From a virus: a stretch of DNA of 64,000 nt. Shown in pieces: positions 15,973 to 23,843 of this stretch. The stretch covers positions 1 through 64,000 of the IMG/VR virus record IMGVR_UViG_3300014050_000004. One strand, 5' to 3'. The notes under the pieces were generated by a model. It was not told the DNA's origin and ran no database searches. It saw only the letters and a program-made list of their open reading frames with translations. The position numbers were made by a program, and so were the translations under genes. Numbering within the stretch: the stretch's first letter is position 1; every line of letters begins with the position of its first letter.

Positions 15973-17908
15973 TGTTGTTTTCTTCTATGGTAAAGGTTTT
16001 TGATTTTTTAGATTGGGCCCTATACTCCATATATGAATCATAGCCGCCTATCCACCGGTTGTCTACGTACAACTGAGGAACTGTTTTCCAACTATCCGCC
16101 CACATGCCTGTTTGCTTCGCCACTTCAACATTGACCTCAGTGAATAGCGTTCCATCCTTTCTCAATTGGTCTTTGATCAAGGTGCAATAGGGGCAGTCCG
16201 CTTTGGTGATAACGATGGCAGGATCCTCAATGTCATCATCCATCTCGTTCTGCTTTGCGATCAAGGCAGATTTGGACTTGAGGTAGTAGAGAGCTTTGAC
16301 TTTCATTTTCCAGGCGTAGATATGCAGCCTCAGAAGATACTCTGCAGGAGCATGCGGATCCACCCAAATGTTCAAAGACTGTCCTTGACAAACGTAAGGT
16401 TGTCTGTCTCCAGCCTGTTTAATTAACTCAAACTGGTCTATCTCTCTTGCGGTCTTGAAGACTTCTTTCTCTTCTTGGCTGAGAAATTCCAAAAATTGAA
16501 CACTGCCTTGGTTGCGGTTGATGTCATCCCACACAGTGTCGGGCACTCCTCTTTCGCAGAACAGTTTTTCCAAGTGGGGGTTCTTGCGGACAAAAGTGCC
16601 TTTGTCTTGTTTTGCGACGTAGTAGTTGTAATCCATGGGACTAATCCCTTCGGAGTACGCCCCAGAAATCACACTGTTTGTTTTGGTTGGAGCAATGGCT
16701 GTTAAGTGGGTGTGTCTCATGCCTGAGCCCTCGCACCATTCAGGTTCCCCCCAACGATCAGCTAGTTCTGCCGAAGCTTTTTTGGCTTCTTCCTGGATAA
16801 ATTTGTGAACTTCAATGTTGAGAGCTCTTGCACCCTCTGATTTGAAGGGGAGCATCTGGCTCTGGTACAGGGAGTGAAGACCCATGGTTCCAAGGCCCAG
16901 CGCTCTGCTCTTTCTGGCAAATCTTACGGATCTGCCCATGCCAGGCTGTTTGTCGGCTTTTCTTATGAACTCAGTTACTACCGCTTCAAGAAGATGTACG
17001 GCAATTTGAGGTGCTGATCTTCCTGTCAGCGGAGACTTCCAATCTTTCCATTCAAACCATCTTGACAAGTTCATGGATGACAAGACACAGACAAAAGAAT
17101 GGTTTTCGTCTGTGTAGAGCGTGATTTCTGAGCACAAGTTTGAGGTAGAGACGTTTAAGCCTCTCTCTACATAGCACTGAGGGTTCTGAGTGTTGACATT
17201 GTCAATGAACAACATGTAGGGACTACCAGACATGAGCCTTGTACGAATGGTCTCTCCGAACAACCATTGGTTGTGACCTCCGTTTTCTATCATGTTCTCC
17301 ATGAAGCTATTCGAGATTACGGCTCCAAGATTGCTATCAATCCATAGTCTTGGGTCTCCTTTGGTGTGGTCTTTGGCCCGAAGCATTTCTGGGTAATCCG
17401 CAGCTTCTATGTTTTCATACAAAGCAAAAGACCCCTTCCTGAGGTCTCCACCTTGGCTAACAACCTGAGCTGTAAGATCATATCCTCTAAGCCATCCGAG
17501 CTTCCCTCCTGTGACGCCTCCTCCCTTAATTGGGGAACCCGCTGGACGGATGTCACCGAAATACACACCCACTCCTCCTCCGTTCTTGCTCAGCAGAGCA
17601 ACCTCCTTCAAGTGAGAATATATGCTCTTTGTGCTATCGCTCAAGTGAACCGAATAACAACTGATGGGCAGAGCCCTGTTCGAACCAAAGTTGGCTGCCA
17701 CAGGACTCGCGCATCCAATCCAGCCATTCCACAGGCAATGAAATAGTTCCTTTTCTAGGTTAATGTCTTCGTTGTACTTGGCAGCAGCGGAGGAGATCCT
17801 CTCCATCATCATCCGCGGAGTTTCCCCAGGGAGCAAATAACCTGAGGACAGAGTTTGCATTCCTTCTGCGGATAGCCAATCAGGGGCAACAAGAGTGTGA
17901 TCTGTCAT
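15947..17908 (-). CDS. nrdA: Class Ia ribonucleotide reductase alpha subunit with internal glutaredoxin domain
   Basis: SNLCSEI, IAPTKTNS and QGQSLN motifs; CPYC...TVPQL...IGGY Grx domain; terminal CTAC. Confidence 0.96.
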   Translation of the reverse strand: MTDHTLVAPDWLSAEGMQTLSSGYLLPGETPRMMMERISSAAAKYNEDINLEKELFHCLWNGWIGCASPVAANFGSNRALPISCYSVHLSDSTKSIYSHLKEVALLSKNGGGVGVYFGDIRPAGSPIKGGGVTGGKLGWLRGYDLTAQVVSQGGDLRKGSFALYENIEAADYPEMLRAKDHTKGDPRLWIDSNLGAVISNSFMENMIENGGHNQWLFGETIRTRLMSGSPYMLFIDNVNTQNPQCYVERGLNVSTSNLCSEITLYTDENHSFVCVLSSMNLSRWFEWKDWKSPLTGRSAPQIAVHLLEAVVTEFIRKADKQPGMGRSVRFARKSRALGLGTMGLHSLYQSQMLPFKSEGARALNIEVHKFIQEEAKKASAELADRWGEPEWCEGSGMRHTHLTAIAPTKTNSVISGAYSEGISPMDYNYYVAKQDKGTFVRKNPHLEKLFCERGVPDTVWDDINRNQGSVQFLEFLSQEEKEVFKTAREIDQFELIKQAGDRQPYVCQGQSLNIWVDPHAPAEYLLRLHIYAWKMKVKALYYLKSKSALIAKQNEMDDDIEDPAIVITKADCPYCTLIKDQLRKDGTLFTEVNVEVAKQTGMWADSWKTVPQLYVDNRWIGGYDSYMEYRAQSKKSKTFTIEENNNECTACHA

Positions 17909-18891
17909 GCGTAGTTGAAGTTAAGGGTTTTCAGATTCACGGACATGAAGTCCTGGTCTGGTTTGCTGATGTAGTTGCCCCCGTCTTTGCTTTGGGAGAA
18001 AAAGTCGGTACTTGTGTTGCCAGAGATGAGAGGATGGAACCACTCTTTAATTTCGCAAGCAGCTTGATAATCGTATGGATACCTGAACCCAGGGATTCCA
18101 ATCTTTGCCAACCTGTTGTTGGCTCTGCTGTAAGTGTAATGCTTCAGGTTGTAAGGATTGACTCTCCCGTGCGACAAGGACCTATTATCGAAGGTTTTGT
18201 CGATAAAGGCGAATTCATTCTTTATGACTTGGTTGAAGCCTTCGATCACAGATGCAATCTCTGACTCAGTGAATGGCTCTTCTTTCAGAAGCTCTTTGAG
18301 CAGAGCTATGCCAGTGTTTGAATGCTGCTGCTCATCCAAAGAGGACCAAGAAATAATCTGAGACAACCCCTTGAATTTGCCCGTTAAGCCCAAAGACAAC
18401 AACACAGCGAAAGAGCTAAAGAGGCTCACCCCTTCGGCTGCTCCGCTGAATATGGCGAGAGACTCTTTGATGCTCTTGTTGTTCAAAAAGTAGCCAATCT
18501 TCTGTTGAGCTACAGGGTCCCCAAGAAAAGCTTCAAATTCGTCGAGGCCGAGGTTTTCTGAAAGGAAGTTGTAAGACCAGGCGTGTACGGCTTCTGAGGC
18601 AGCGTATTCACTCGCTACCGCAGAAATCTCATGCTTTGGGAACCATTCTTGTACGGTTGTCCAGTAGTTTTTAACGTGACACTCTAGCTGAGTGAAACCT
18701 TTGAGAATGCCTCCGATGATTTCCCTTTCATCTTCAGTACTTTTTTGCCAGTCTCTGATGTCCCCATCGAATGTGACTTCTTTGGGGGTCCATACTGACA
18801 ACCTTGCTTTTTCGAACCGCTCGAAAAACTCGGGATATTCAAAGCTCCCGTTGACTTTATAAGGCTCTCTGTACTTTCTTATGCTTGTCAT
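17905..18891 (-). CDS. nrdB: Ribonucleotide reductase beta subunit
   Basis: EAVHAWSY, AAEGVSLFSSF, DEQQH and DFFSQ motifs. Confidence 0.96.
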   Translation of the reverse strand: MTSIRKYREPYKVNGSFEYPEFFERFEKARLSVWTPKEVTFDGDIRDWQKSTEDEREIIGGILKGFTQLECHVKNYWTTVQEWFPKHEISAVASEYAASEAVHAWSYNFLSENLGLDEFEAFLGDPVAQQKIGYFLNNKSIKESLAIFSGAAEGVSLFSSFAVLLSLGLTGKFKGLSQIISWSSLDEQQHSNTGIALLKELLKEEPFTESEIASVIEGFNQVIKNEFAFIDKTFDNRSLSHGRVNPYNLKHYTYSRANNRLAKIGIPGFRYPYDYQAACEIKEWFHPLISGNTSTDFFSQSKDGGNYISKPDQDFMSVNLKTLNFNYA

Positions 18892-19519
18892 TTTGACGGC
18901 TTATGAGATTTGCATGTCGTTGATCTAGGTATTGTTTTCTGATGAGACTGTGTCGTTCCTCGTCCCACCATTTTGGTTTGTCGCCATGTCTCCATTCCGC
19001 GTACCCTTTGTAATCCATGAGATAGTCTCTGTAGGCTTGTACAGGGTCGCCCGGAATTTTCGACTCTTCTGGCATTGCTTGGACAAATTCCGTGTGGTTT
19101 GATGCTGAGCAGTTCGGGATCTCTGTGGCTATCACCCCCTGAACGAGGGAAAGACCGTATAGAGCTCCATGGGTTTTGTTTCCGTATCTAACGGAATACT
19201 CATCCAACATGCTAATCGCATGCTCTAGTAACCAGTATACGTTTGAGTTGCTTTCGTAAAGCCATTTTGAGCAAGGGTGATGAGCAAAACCCTTAATCCC
19301 ATAGAATTCTCTTTTGTCTGAAAACTCTTTTTCGCCACTTTCTAAGGGAAACAAGTTTAACTGCTCAGCTATTTCTTTCTTCCTAATCCGTATGCCAAAT
19401 GTGTTGTAAACCCAAGGTGTCAGCAACTGCAAAGACTCGGTCGGCATTTTGACCACAAGTTTGTCTGGCAAATCTCTGGCCGCTTGACTTGGGTTGTTGT
19501 CTACAGCGAATACGTTCAT
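18857..19519 (-). CDS. Pyrimidine dimer DNA glycosylase-like protein (Pyr_excise family)
   Basis: MNVFAVDNNP...DKLVVKMPTESLQLL...HHPCSKW...DPVQAYRDY. Confidence 0.8.
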   Translation of the reverse strand: MNVFAVDNNPSQAARDLPDKLVVKMPTESLQLLTPWVYNTFGIRIRKKEIAEQLNLFPLESGEKEFSDKREFYGIKGFAHHPCSKWLYESNSNVYWLLEHAISMLDEYSVRYGNKTHGALYGLSLVQGVIATEIPNCSASNHTEFVQAMPEESKIPGDPVQAYRDYLMDYKGYAEWRHGDKPKWWDEERHSLIRKQYLDQRHANLISRQNDKHKKVQRAL

Positions 19520-19608
19520 GGATGTTGTTTAGCGAAGAAAACGAATGCCCTCCGTGCTAAAACACACAGAGAGCCTGTTTGGTTCTATTTGAGTGATTGG
19601 CTAGAGAA

Positions 19609-19812
19609 TCACCAGATACCTGGGATGATTTGGCCTGTAACAGCGTAAGCGCCAAGTGCAGCGATGATACCGAGCATTGCGAGTCTGCCATTGAGCAGCT
19701 CTCCTTTCAGGTCCCAGGAAATGAGAGGTCGATAGGAATCTTCCACCATCTGCATGGGTACCTCCTTAGCATAGATGTTGTTTTTGTTGTTTTCTTCAGT
19801 GGTGACAGTCAT
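19609..19812 (-). CDS. hli: High-light-inducible protein
   Basis: ELLNGRLAMLGIIAALGAYAVTGQIIPGIW. Confidence 0.95.
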   Translation of the reverse strand: MTVTTEENNKNNIYAKEVPMQMVEDSYRPLISWDLKGELLNGRLAMLGIIAALGAYAVTGQIIPGIW

Positions 19813-19830
19813 TTTGTTTTCTTTGAGTGT

Positions 19831-20157
19831 TTACCTTGAGATTTCTCTCAAGTCAGTGGAAGAGGGATTGAAATGGTCAATCAGAACTTGCATTCCTGCC
19901 TTTGAATCCATATCTCCACAGGTGTAGCAGTCAAGGGCTACAGACCCTCTTTCAGGAAACGTATGGCAGGAAATGTGGCTCTCAGCCAAAGCATAGACAA
20001 TTGTGACTCCTTGGGGTGAGAATTTATGAAAAAATTTGTTTAGTACGGTGGAGTTCATCACTGTCACAGCTTTGTCAAATGCTGCTGCTATAGCTTCTAA
20101 GTCATCGAGAGCTAGAAAAGACACCCCATATAGGGAACAAAGAACATGATTTCCCAA
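19831..20157 (-). CDS. speD: S-adenosylmethionine decarboxylase proenzyme
   Basis: FSPQGVT...LAESHISCHTFPE...DCYTCG. Confidence 0.93.
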   Translation of the reverse strand: MGNHVLCSLYGVSFLALDDLEAIAAAFDKAVTVMNSTVLNKFFHKFSPQGVTIVYALAESHISCHTFPERGSVALDCYTCGDMDSKAGMQVLIDHFNPSSTDLREISR

Positions 20158-20158
20158 T

Positions 20159-20497
20159 TCACAAAACCTCCTGCAATAAGCTCCTCAAGTTTGTCCTCAT
20201 CTCTCTCATGGAAAGTTCTCCTGAGAGGTGACCAATATACTTACCCTCTGCGTCTGTGAGTACATACAAAGGTACGTCTACAGTGTAGTCCGGATTCATG
20301 GCGTGTTGCTCTATGAGCCTATACAACCTGCTGTTCACCGGTTTCAAAGGTTCATTGATGATGTCATCAAGATCCACAGTGAAGTACTTAAGCTCCGGAA
20401 ACCCTTCAACTACAGACTGGTCATACCTCCGCATGTGCTCGCATATCTCACAATCCGTTGAAAAGATTTTGTACAGCGAAAGTTTCTGTGTTGCCAT
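20159..20497 (-). CDS. Thioredoxin-fold protein
   Basis: CEIC motif, VDVPLYV cis-Pro segment, GHLSG. Confidence 0.75.
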   Translation of the reverse strand: MATQKLSLYKIFSTDCEICEHMRRYDQSVVEGFPELKYFTVDLDDIINEPLKPVNSRLYRLIEQHAMNPDYTVDVPLYVLTDAEGKYIGHLSGELSMREMRTNLRSLLQEVL

Positions 20498-21150
20498 TAG
20501 ATAAACTCCTTGAGTTCCGGGTACTTTTCCCTCACTTTCTTGGTGAAACGAGCAATGTGACCGTTTGTAGCTTGCTTAGAGAGGCCATGCTTACGGGCGA
20601 CATCCCCCTGCCGCATCTCGGGGGATCCATTGAGGCCGAACCTGTCGATGACAATCTGTGCACGAGTGGTGTCCAGGGAACCGCATCCTGCCTTGACAAT
20701 CTGTTCCAAGGTTGCAGGAAGCTTTTCATCCCTGATCTCGAAAACATTCGGGTCTTCTAGGTTGTTACACCAGTCCGATTGCTCGATGGATAGGCTGTAT
20801 TTCGGAATTCTGTGTTCTCGTCGAGCAGCTGCTTGCACTGCCCCCCTCACTTTCCACCAAATCCAGGTCATGGGACGAATCCTTTTACCATTAAAAGTCT
20901 TGTCCAAATCGAAGGTTGAAATGGCTTCATGAATGCCAATCAGGCCCTCCTGAACGAGATCTTCATAGGTATTTGAACTGGCCATGAAACCGTACTTCCT
21001 CGCCCATTTGTGAACGAGAGGAGTGAATTGGCGAATGGTCCTGTCTACGGACTTCCTGTCGCCTTCGACAGCCCGGTAGAAATCCTCGTCTGTGTAAGTC
21101 ATCACTTTCCTCATAAACTCTATTTTAGTGCCTCTGAGCTGTGAAGGCAA
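20497..21150 (-). CDS. Sigma70-family sigma factor with intact region 4 (true start probably near 21113)
   Basis: YEDLVQEGLIGI...TWIWWKVRGAV; MRQGDVARKHGLSKQATNGHIAR. Confidence 0.87.
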   Translation of the reverse strand: MPSQLRGTKIEFMRKVMTYTDEDFYRAVEGDRKSVDRTIRQFTPLVHKWARKYGFMASSNTYEDLVQEGLIGIHEAISTFDLDKTFNGKRIRPMTWIWWKVRGAVQAAARREHRIPKYSLSIEQSDWCNNLEDPNVFEIRDEKLPATLEQIVKAGCGSLDTTRAQIVIDRFGLNGSPEMRQGDVARKHGLSKQATNGHIARFTKKVREKYPELKEFI

Positions 21151-21194
21151 GTTCGGGTTGCCGAACCTTTGGCAAGTGCCAGCTCACTCTAGGA

Positions 21195-21407
21195 TTAGAA
21201 AGGTCTTGAAAAACCGTCTTGAAATTGATTCTTCATGACCCAAATCGTAGCTGCTTTTTGAATCATCCAAGACTGTGCCAACTGCTTAGTCAAGCTTTTG
21301 AGAGCTTCCATGTCATTGCACTCGTCTATGGTACGATTCCACTTTTCAATCTCAAACTTTTGGGCCATAGTCAATTCTATGGCTGGGGTATTGTTTTCAG
21401 GGTTCAT
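21195..21407 (-). CDS. nblA: NblA-like phycobilisome degradation protein
   Basis: IELTMAQKFEIEKW...IDECND...LTKQLAQSWMIQKAATIWVMK matches the picocyanobacterial/cyanophage NblA pattern as I recall it. Confidence 0.65.
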   Translation of the reverse strand: MNPENNTPAIELTMAQKFEIEKWNRTIDECNDMEALKSLTKQLAQSWMIQKAATIWVMKNQFQDGFSRPF

Positions 21408-21909
21408 CCTTAGGAGTGTAATAAAGAACTAGAATACCGGCCTCAAAAAGAATGTCGCTTGAGAGCGAAAAGTCCTTTTTCCATTTTTCCGAGTGGGCCC
21501 ATTGAGGGCTCGGGCAAACAATCTTGGAAACTCCGGCTTGAATGAGCTGGCTGGCGCAGGAAGCACAAGGGTGAAAGGTTACATAGGCAGTGCAGCCTTC
21601 TGTGCAAACTCCGAATTTGGCAGCGTTGAGAATAGCATTTGTCTCCGCATGGATAATAACCCTGCCCTTAAAGTCGGGATTGGAGAGCCTATGCAAGTTG
21701 TCGGACAACCCGCTCGGGAAACCATTATATCCCTTGGAAATATCTCGCTTGTCCTTAGCAAGAACACAACCAACTTTTTTGACTGGGTCTTTGCTCCAGT
21801 TTTTGACCATTTCGGCCAACTCAATGAACCTTAGATCCCAAGATGTAAGATGGGGGCTCACAGTTGGTGCCAAGAGTAGACAGGTTCTTGTCCAATAATC
21901 TCTGAACAA
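21397..21909 (-). CDS. dCMP deaminase (start uncertain)
   Basis: SKDP..KVGC, GYNG, HAETNAI and PCASCA motifs. Confidence 0.92.
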   Translation of the reverse strand: MFRDYWTRTCLLLAPTVSPHLTSWDLRFIELAEMVKNWSKDPVKKVGCVLAKDKRDISKGYNGFPSGLSDNLHRLSNPDFKGRVIIHAETNAILNAAKFGVCTEGCTAYVTFHPCASCASQLIQAGVSKIVCPSPQWAHSEKWKKDFSLSSDILFEAGILVLYYTPKDEP

Positions 21910-22121
21910 AATTCCATGAACTTATCACACATCTCCGCAAAGGAGTTGAATTTGATTCGTTCATATGAACAAGTATCAAAGAATCCTGCCCAGTGGGCTT
22001 CGAGCTCTTTCAGTCCGTACTCTACTTGAATGTAAGATACGAAAAATGACAGAGGCCTGTACACTTTGCACAGTTCAAAAAGCACCTCTACTGGCATGCA
22101 AAATTCTCCTGATGGGATCAT
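21858..22121 (-). CDS. Hypothetical protein (likely start MIPSG)
   Basis: Fills the gap directly below a sigma70-type promoter. Confidence 0.6.
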   Translation of the reverse strand: MIPSGEFCMPVEVLFELCKVYRPLSFFVSYIQVEYGLKELEAHWAGFFDTCSYERIKFNSFAEMCDKFMEFCSEIIGQEPVYSWHQL

Positions 22122-22127
22122 ACTCTT

Positions 22128-22156
22128 ATTATACAACGTGTACCAAGTGAGGTAAA
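22128..22156 (-). promoter_or_regulatory. Sigma70-like promoter
   Basis: TTTACC (22151-22156), 17-nt spacer, TATAAT (22128-22133). Confidence 0.6.
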
Positions 22157-22176
22157 GGTCGGGTAACCGACCTATC

Positions 22177-22506
22177 TCACCTGTCGTCCCCGGAACCTCC
22201 GAGCACCCCTCGCTCCTTCCTGGAACTGAGTTTTTCTAAGTTCATGGAAAGGATCTCCTCAAGAGAGTAATCGATCTCAAGAGCCAGAGCAGCAAGATAC
22301 CAGAAAACGTCCCCCATCTCTTTCGCAATGGCATCTCTCACAGGGTCGGTGAGCACTCCGCCCCCATCTCTAATGACCTTTTTAACCTTCTCAGCAACCT
22401 CTCCAGCTTCTCCCACAAGCCCTAAGGCAGGGTAGACCAGATTAGCCCCTTTATTTGGATAGATTGCAGTTCCAATGGCTCTTTCTTGGTATTCTTGAAT
22501 TAGCAT
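22177..22506 (-). CDS. mazG: MazG-like NTP pyrophosphohydrolase
   Basis: GLVGEAGEVAEKVKK...KEMGDVFWYL...NLEKL. Confidence 0.92.
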   Translation of the reverse strand: MLIQEYQERAIGTAIYPNKGANLVYPALGLVGEAGEVAEKVKKVIRDGGGVLTDPVRDAIAKEMGDVFWYLAALALEIDYSLEEILSMNLEKLSSRKERGVLGGSGDDR

Positions 22507-22559
22507 AATTCGAGTGTGTTTGTATGTTTGTAGTATAGCTCAGAGGGTCTTGGGTAACC

Positions 22560-23063
22560 TTAGTAGCACAGTTCCCTTTCTTCGGCCTCTCCGTATGCGA
22601 CCATGTCTCTCCAGCTTTTGAGGGCGTAACCGATGGAGAAGTCTATCGTAGTTGCCCTTCTTCCTATGAAATCGGCGATACAGTTTGTAAGATTTTGGAA
22701 AACAACTACGTGGTACGGGAAAATCTCTGTGTTCGTAAAGGGCAAAAACACATTAGTGCATACATTTGGACCCTCTGTCACAACCTGGAATATCCCATCT
22801 CCAAAGGGCAGGGATTTCGGTTCTTGTCTGGGGTTATTCCTCAGTTCAACCAAAGTTTGGAACCATTCAAGATCGCTTGAAAATAACGATGGTCTTATTG
22901 TAGGGTCCAACCTGTCGGCGTTAACTTTGTAGTTGTAGTAAGCACTTGCATCTACTGTGATCCTTACATTTTTGAGATAAACACCCTGCAGATTGGATTC
23001 TCCTTTCTCGGAAATCTCGTTGCTCAAGTATTCTCTAGGGTCTTGACAAATGTTCTGTGTCAT
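22560..23063 (-). CDS. Hypothetical protein
   Basis: 167-aa ORF in a tightly packed minus-strand run. Confidence 0.7.
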   Translation of the reverse strand: MTQNICQDPREYLSNEISEKGESNLQGVYLKNVRITVDASAYYNYKVNADRLDPTIRPSLFSSDLEWFQTLVELRNNPRQEPKSLPFGDGIFQVVTEGPNVCTNVFLPFTNTEIFPYHVVVFQNLTNCIADFIGRRATTIDFSIGYALKSWRDMVAYGEAEERELCY

Positions 23064-23451
23064 GGGATGTCGCTGGTTTGAATACTACATGGCCGCCGTT
23101 GTTTATCAACTTGATTGGGTCGTTTCTTAGGACTTCGGCTGTGTTGTTGTGAATCCTGTTCTTCCTGACTGCCCCTTCGTTTTGAAACTCAGGGTGCTTG
23201 CTGAGCAAGTCCCAGACGTGCCTTTTGGACTCTATGGAGAAACTACCTAAGTATCTGTCCGTAGCATTGTCTGGGTCATCCGCCATTGGCGGTTCTTCCT
23301 TTTCCTCGGAAGGCTGAGAGAGTTCCTTTCTCGACTTTACCTTGCGGTTTAAGTTCCGGTCAAGGTCAAACTTACCGTAAGCGTTGCCATAACCTCCTTG
23401 AGAGTTCAAGGGAGTTGCAAGATCGGGAATGTTGGACTCGAATTCTCTCAT
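23035..23451 (-). CDS. Hypothetical protein
   Basis: 138-aa ORF coupled to the stop of the upstream gene. Confidence 0.65.
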   Translation of the reverse strand: MREFESNIPDLATPLNSQGGYGNAYGKFDLDRNLNRKVKSRKELSQPSEEKEEPPMADDPDNATDRYLGSFSIESKRHVWDLLSKHPEFQNEGAVRKNRIHNNTAEVLRNDPIKLINNGGHVVFKPATSHDTEHLSRP

Positions 23452-23843
23452 TAGGTTAGGGGGAGTCTCAAGCTCGGAATGAAAGAATCATCAGACACTT
23501 TTCTGACCCCAATGACGTACTTCGTAGTGAAGTAGTCTCCGGGGTTCGGAATCATGTACCCGAACTTTATGATTTGCCAAAGGGAAACCAAATGAAAAGC
23601 GTGGGCTAGATCCTCTGACCCACTTACATACAGCTTAGTTAGGAGTCGAGGAGTATACAACTCACACAAACACTCTATGTCTTGTACCGTTCCAATGTAA
23701 GCGTACAAGTTGGAGGGGTCTTCCGCAAGAGAGTAACCCAAAGACTCCCATTGTTCTTTGAGTCTGAGTTGTTTTTGGCATTCGTATGTAAATGAGTCCA
23801 CTTCCGAGGATTGGGTGTATTGTAATAACATTTTTACCCTCAA
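23451..23843 (-). CDS. Hypothetical protein (ATG at 23831 likely)
   Basis: 130-aa ORF overlapping the stop of the helicase gene. Confidence 0.7.
   Translation of the reverse strand: MRVKMLLQYTQSSEVDSFTYECQKQLRLKEQWESLGYSLAEDPSNLYAYIGTVQDIECLCELYTPRLLTKLYVSGSEDLAHAFHLVSLWQIIKFGYMIPNPGDYFTTKYVIGVRKVSDDSFIPSLRLPLT

Noticed and set aside
23831-23839. GGGTAAAAA as a late promoter
   Set aside because: It abuts the ATG (GAGGGTAAAAATG), which fits a Shine-Dalgarno context, not the 21-36 nt spacing.
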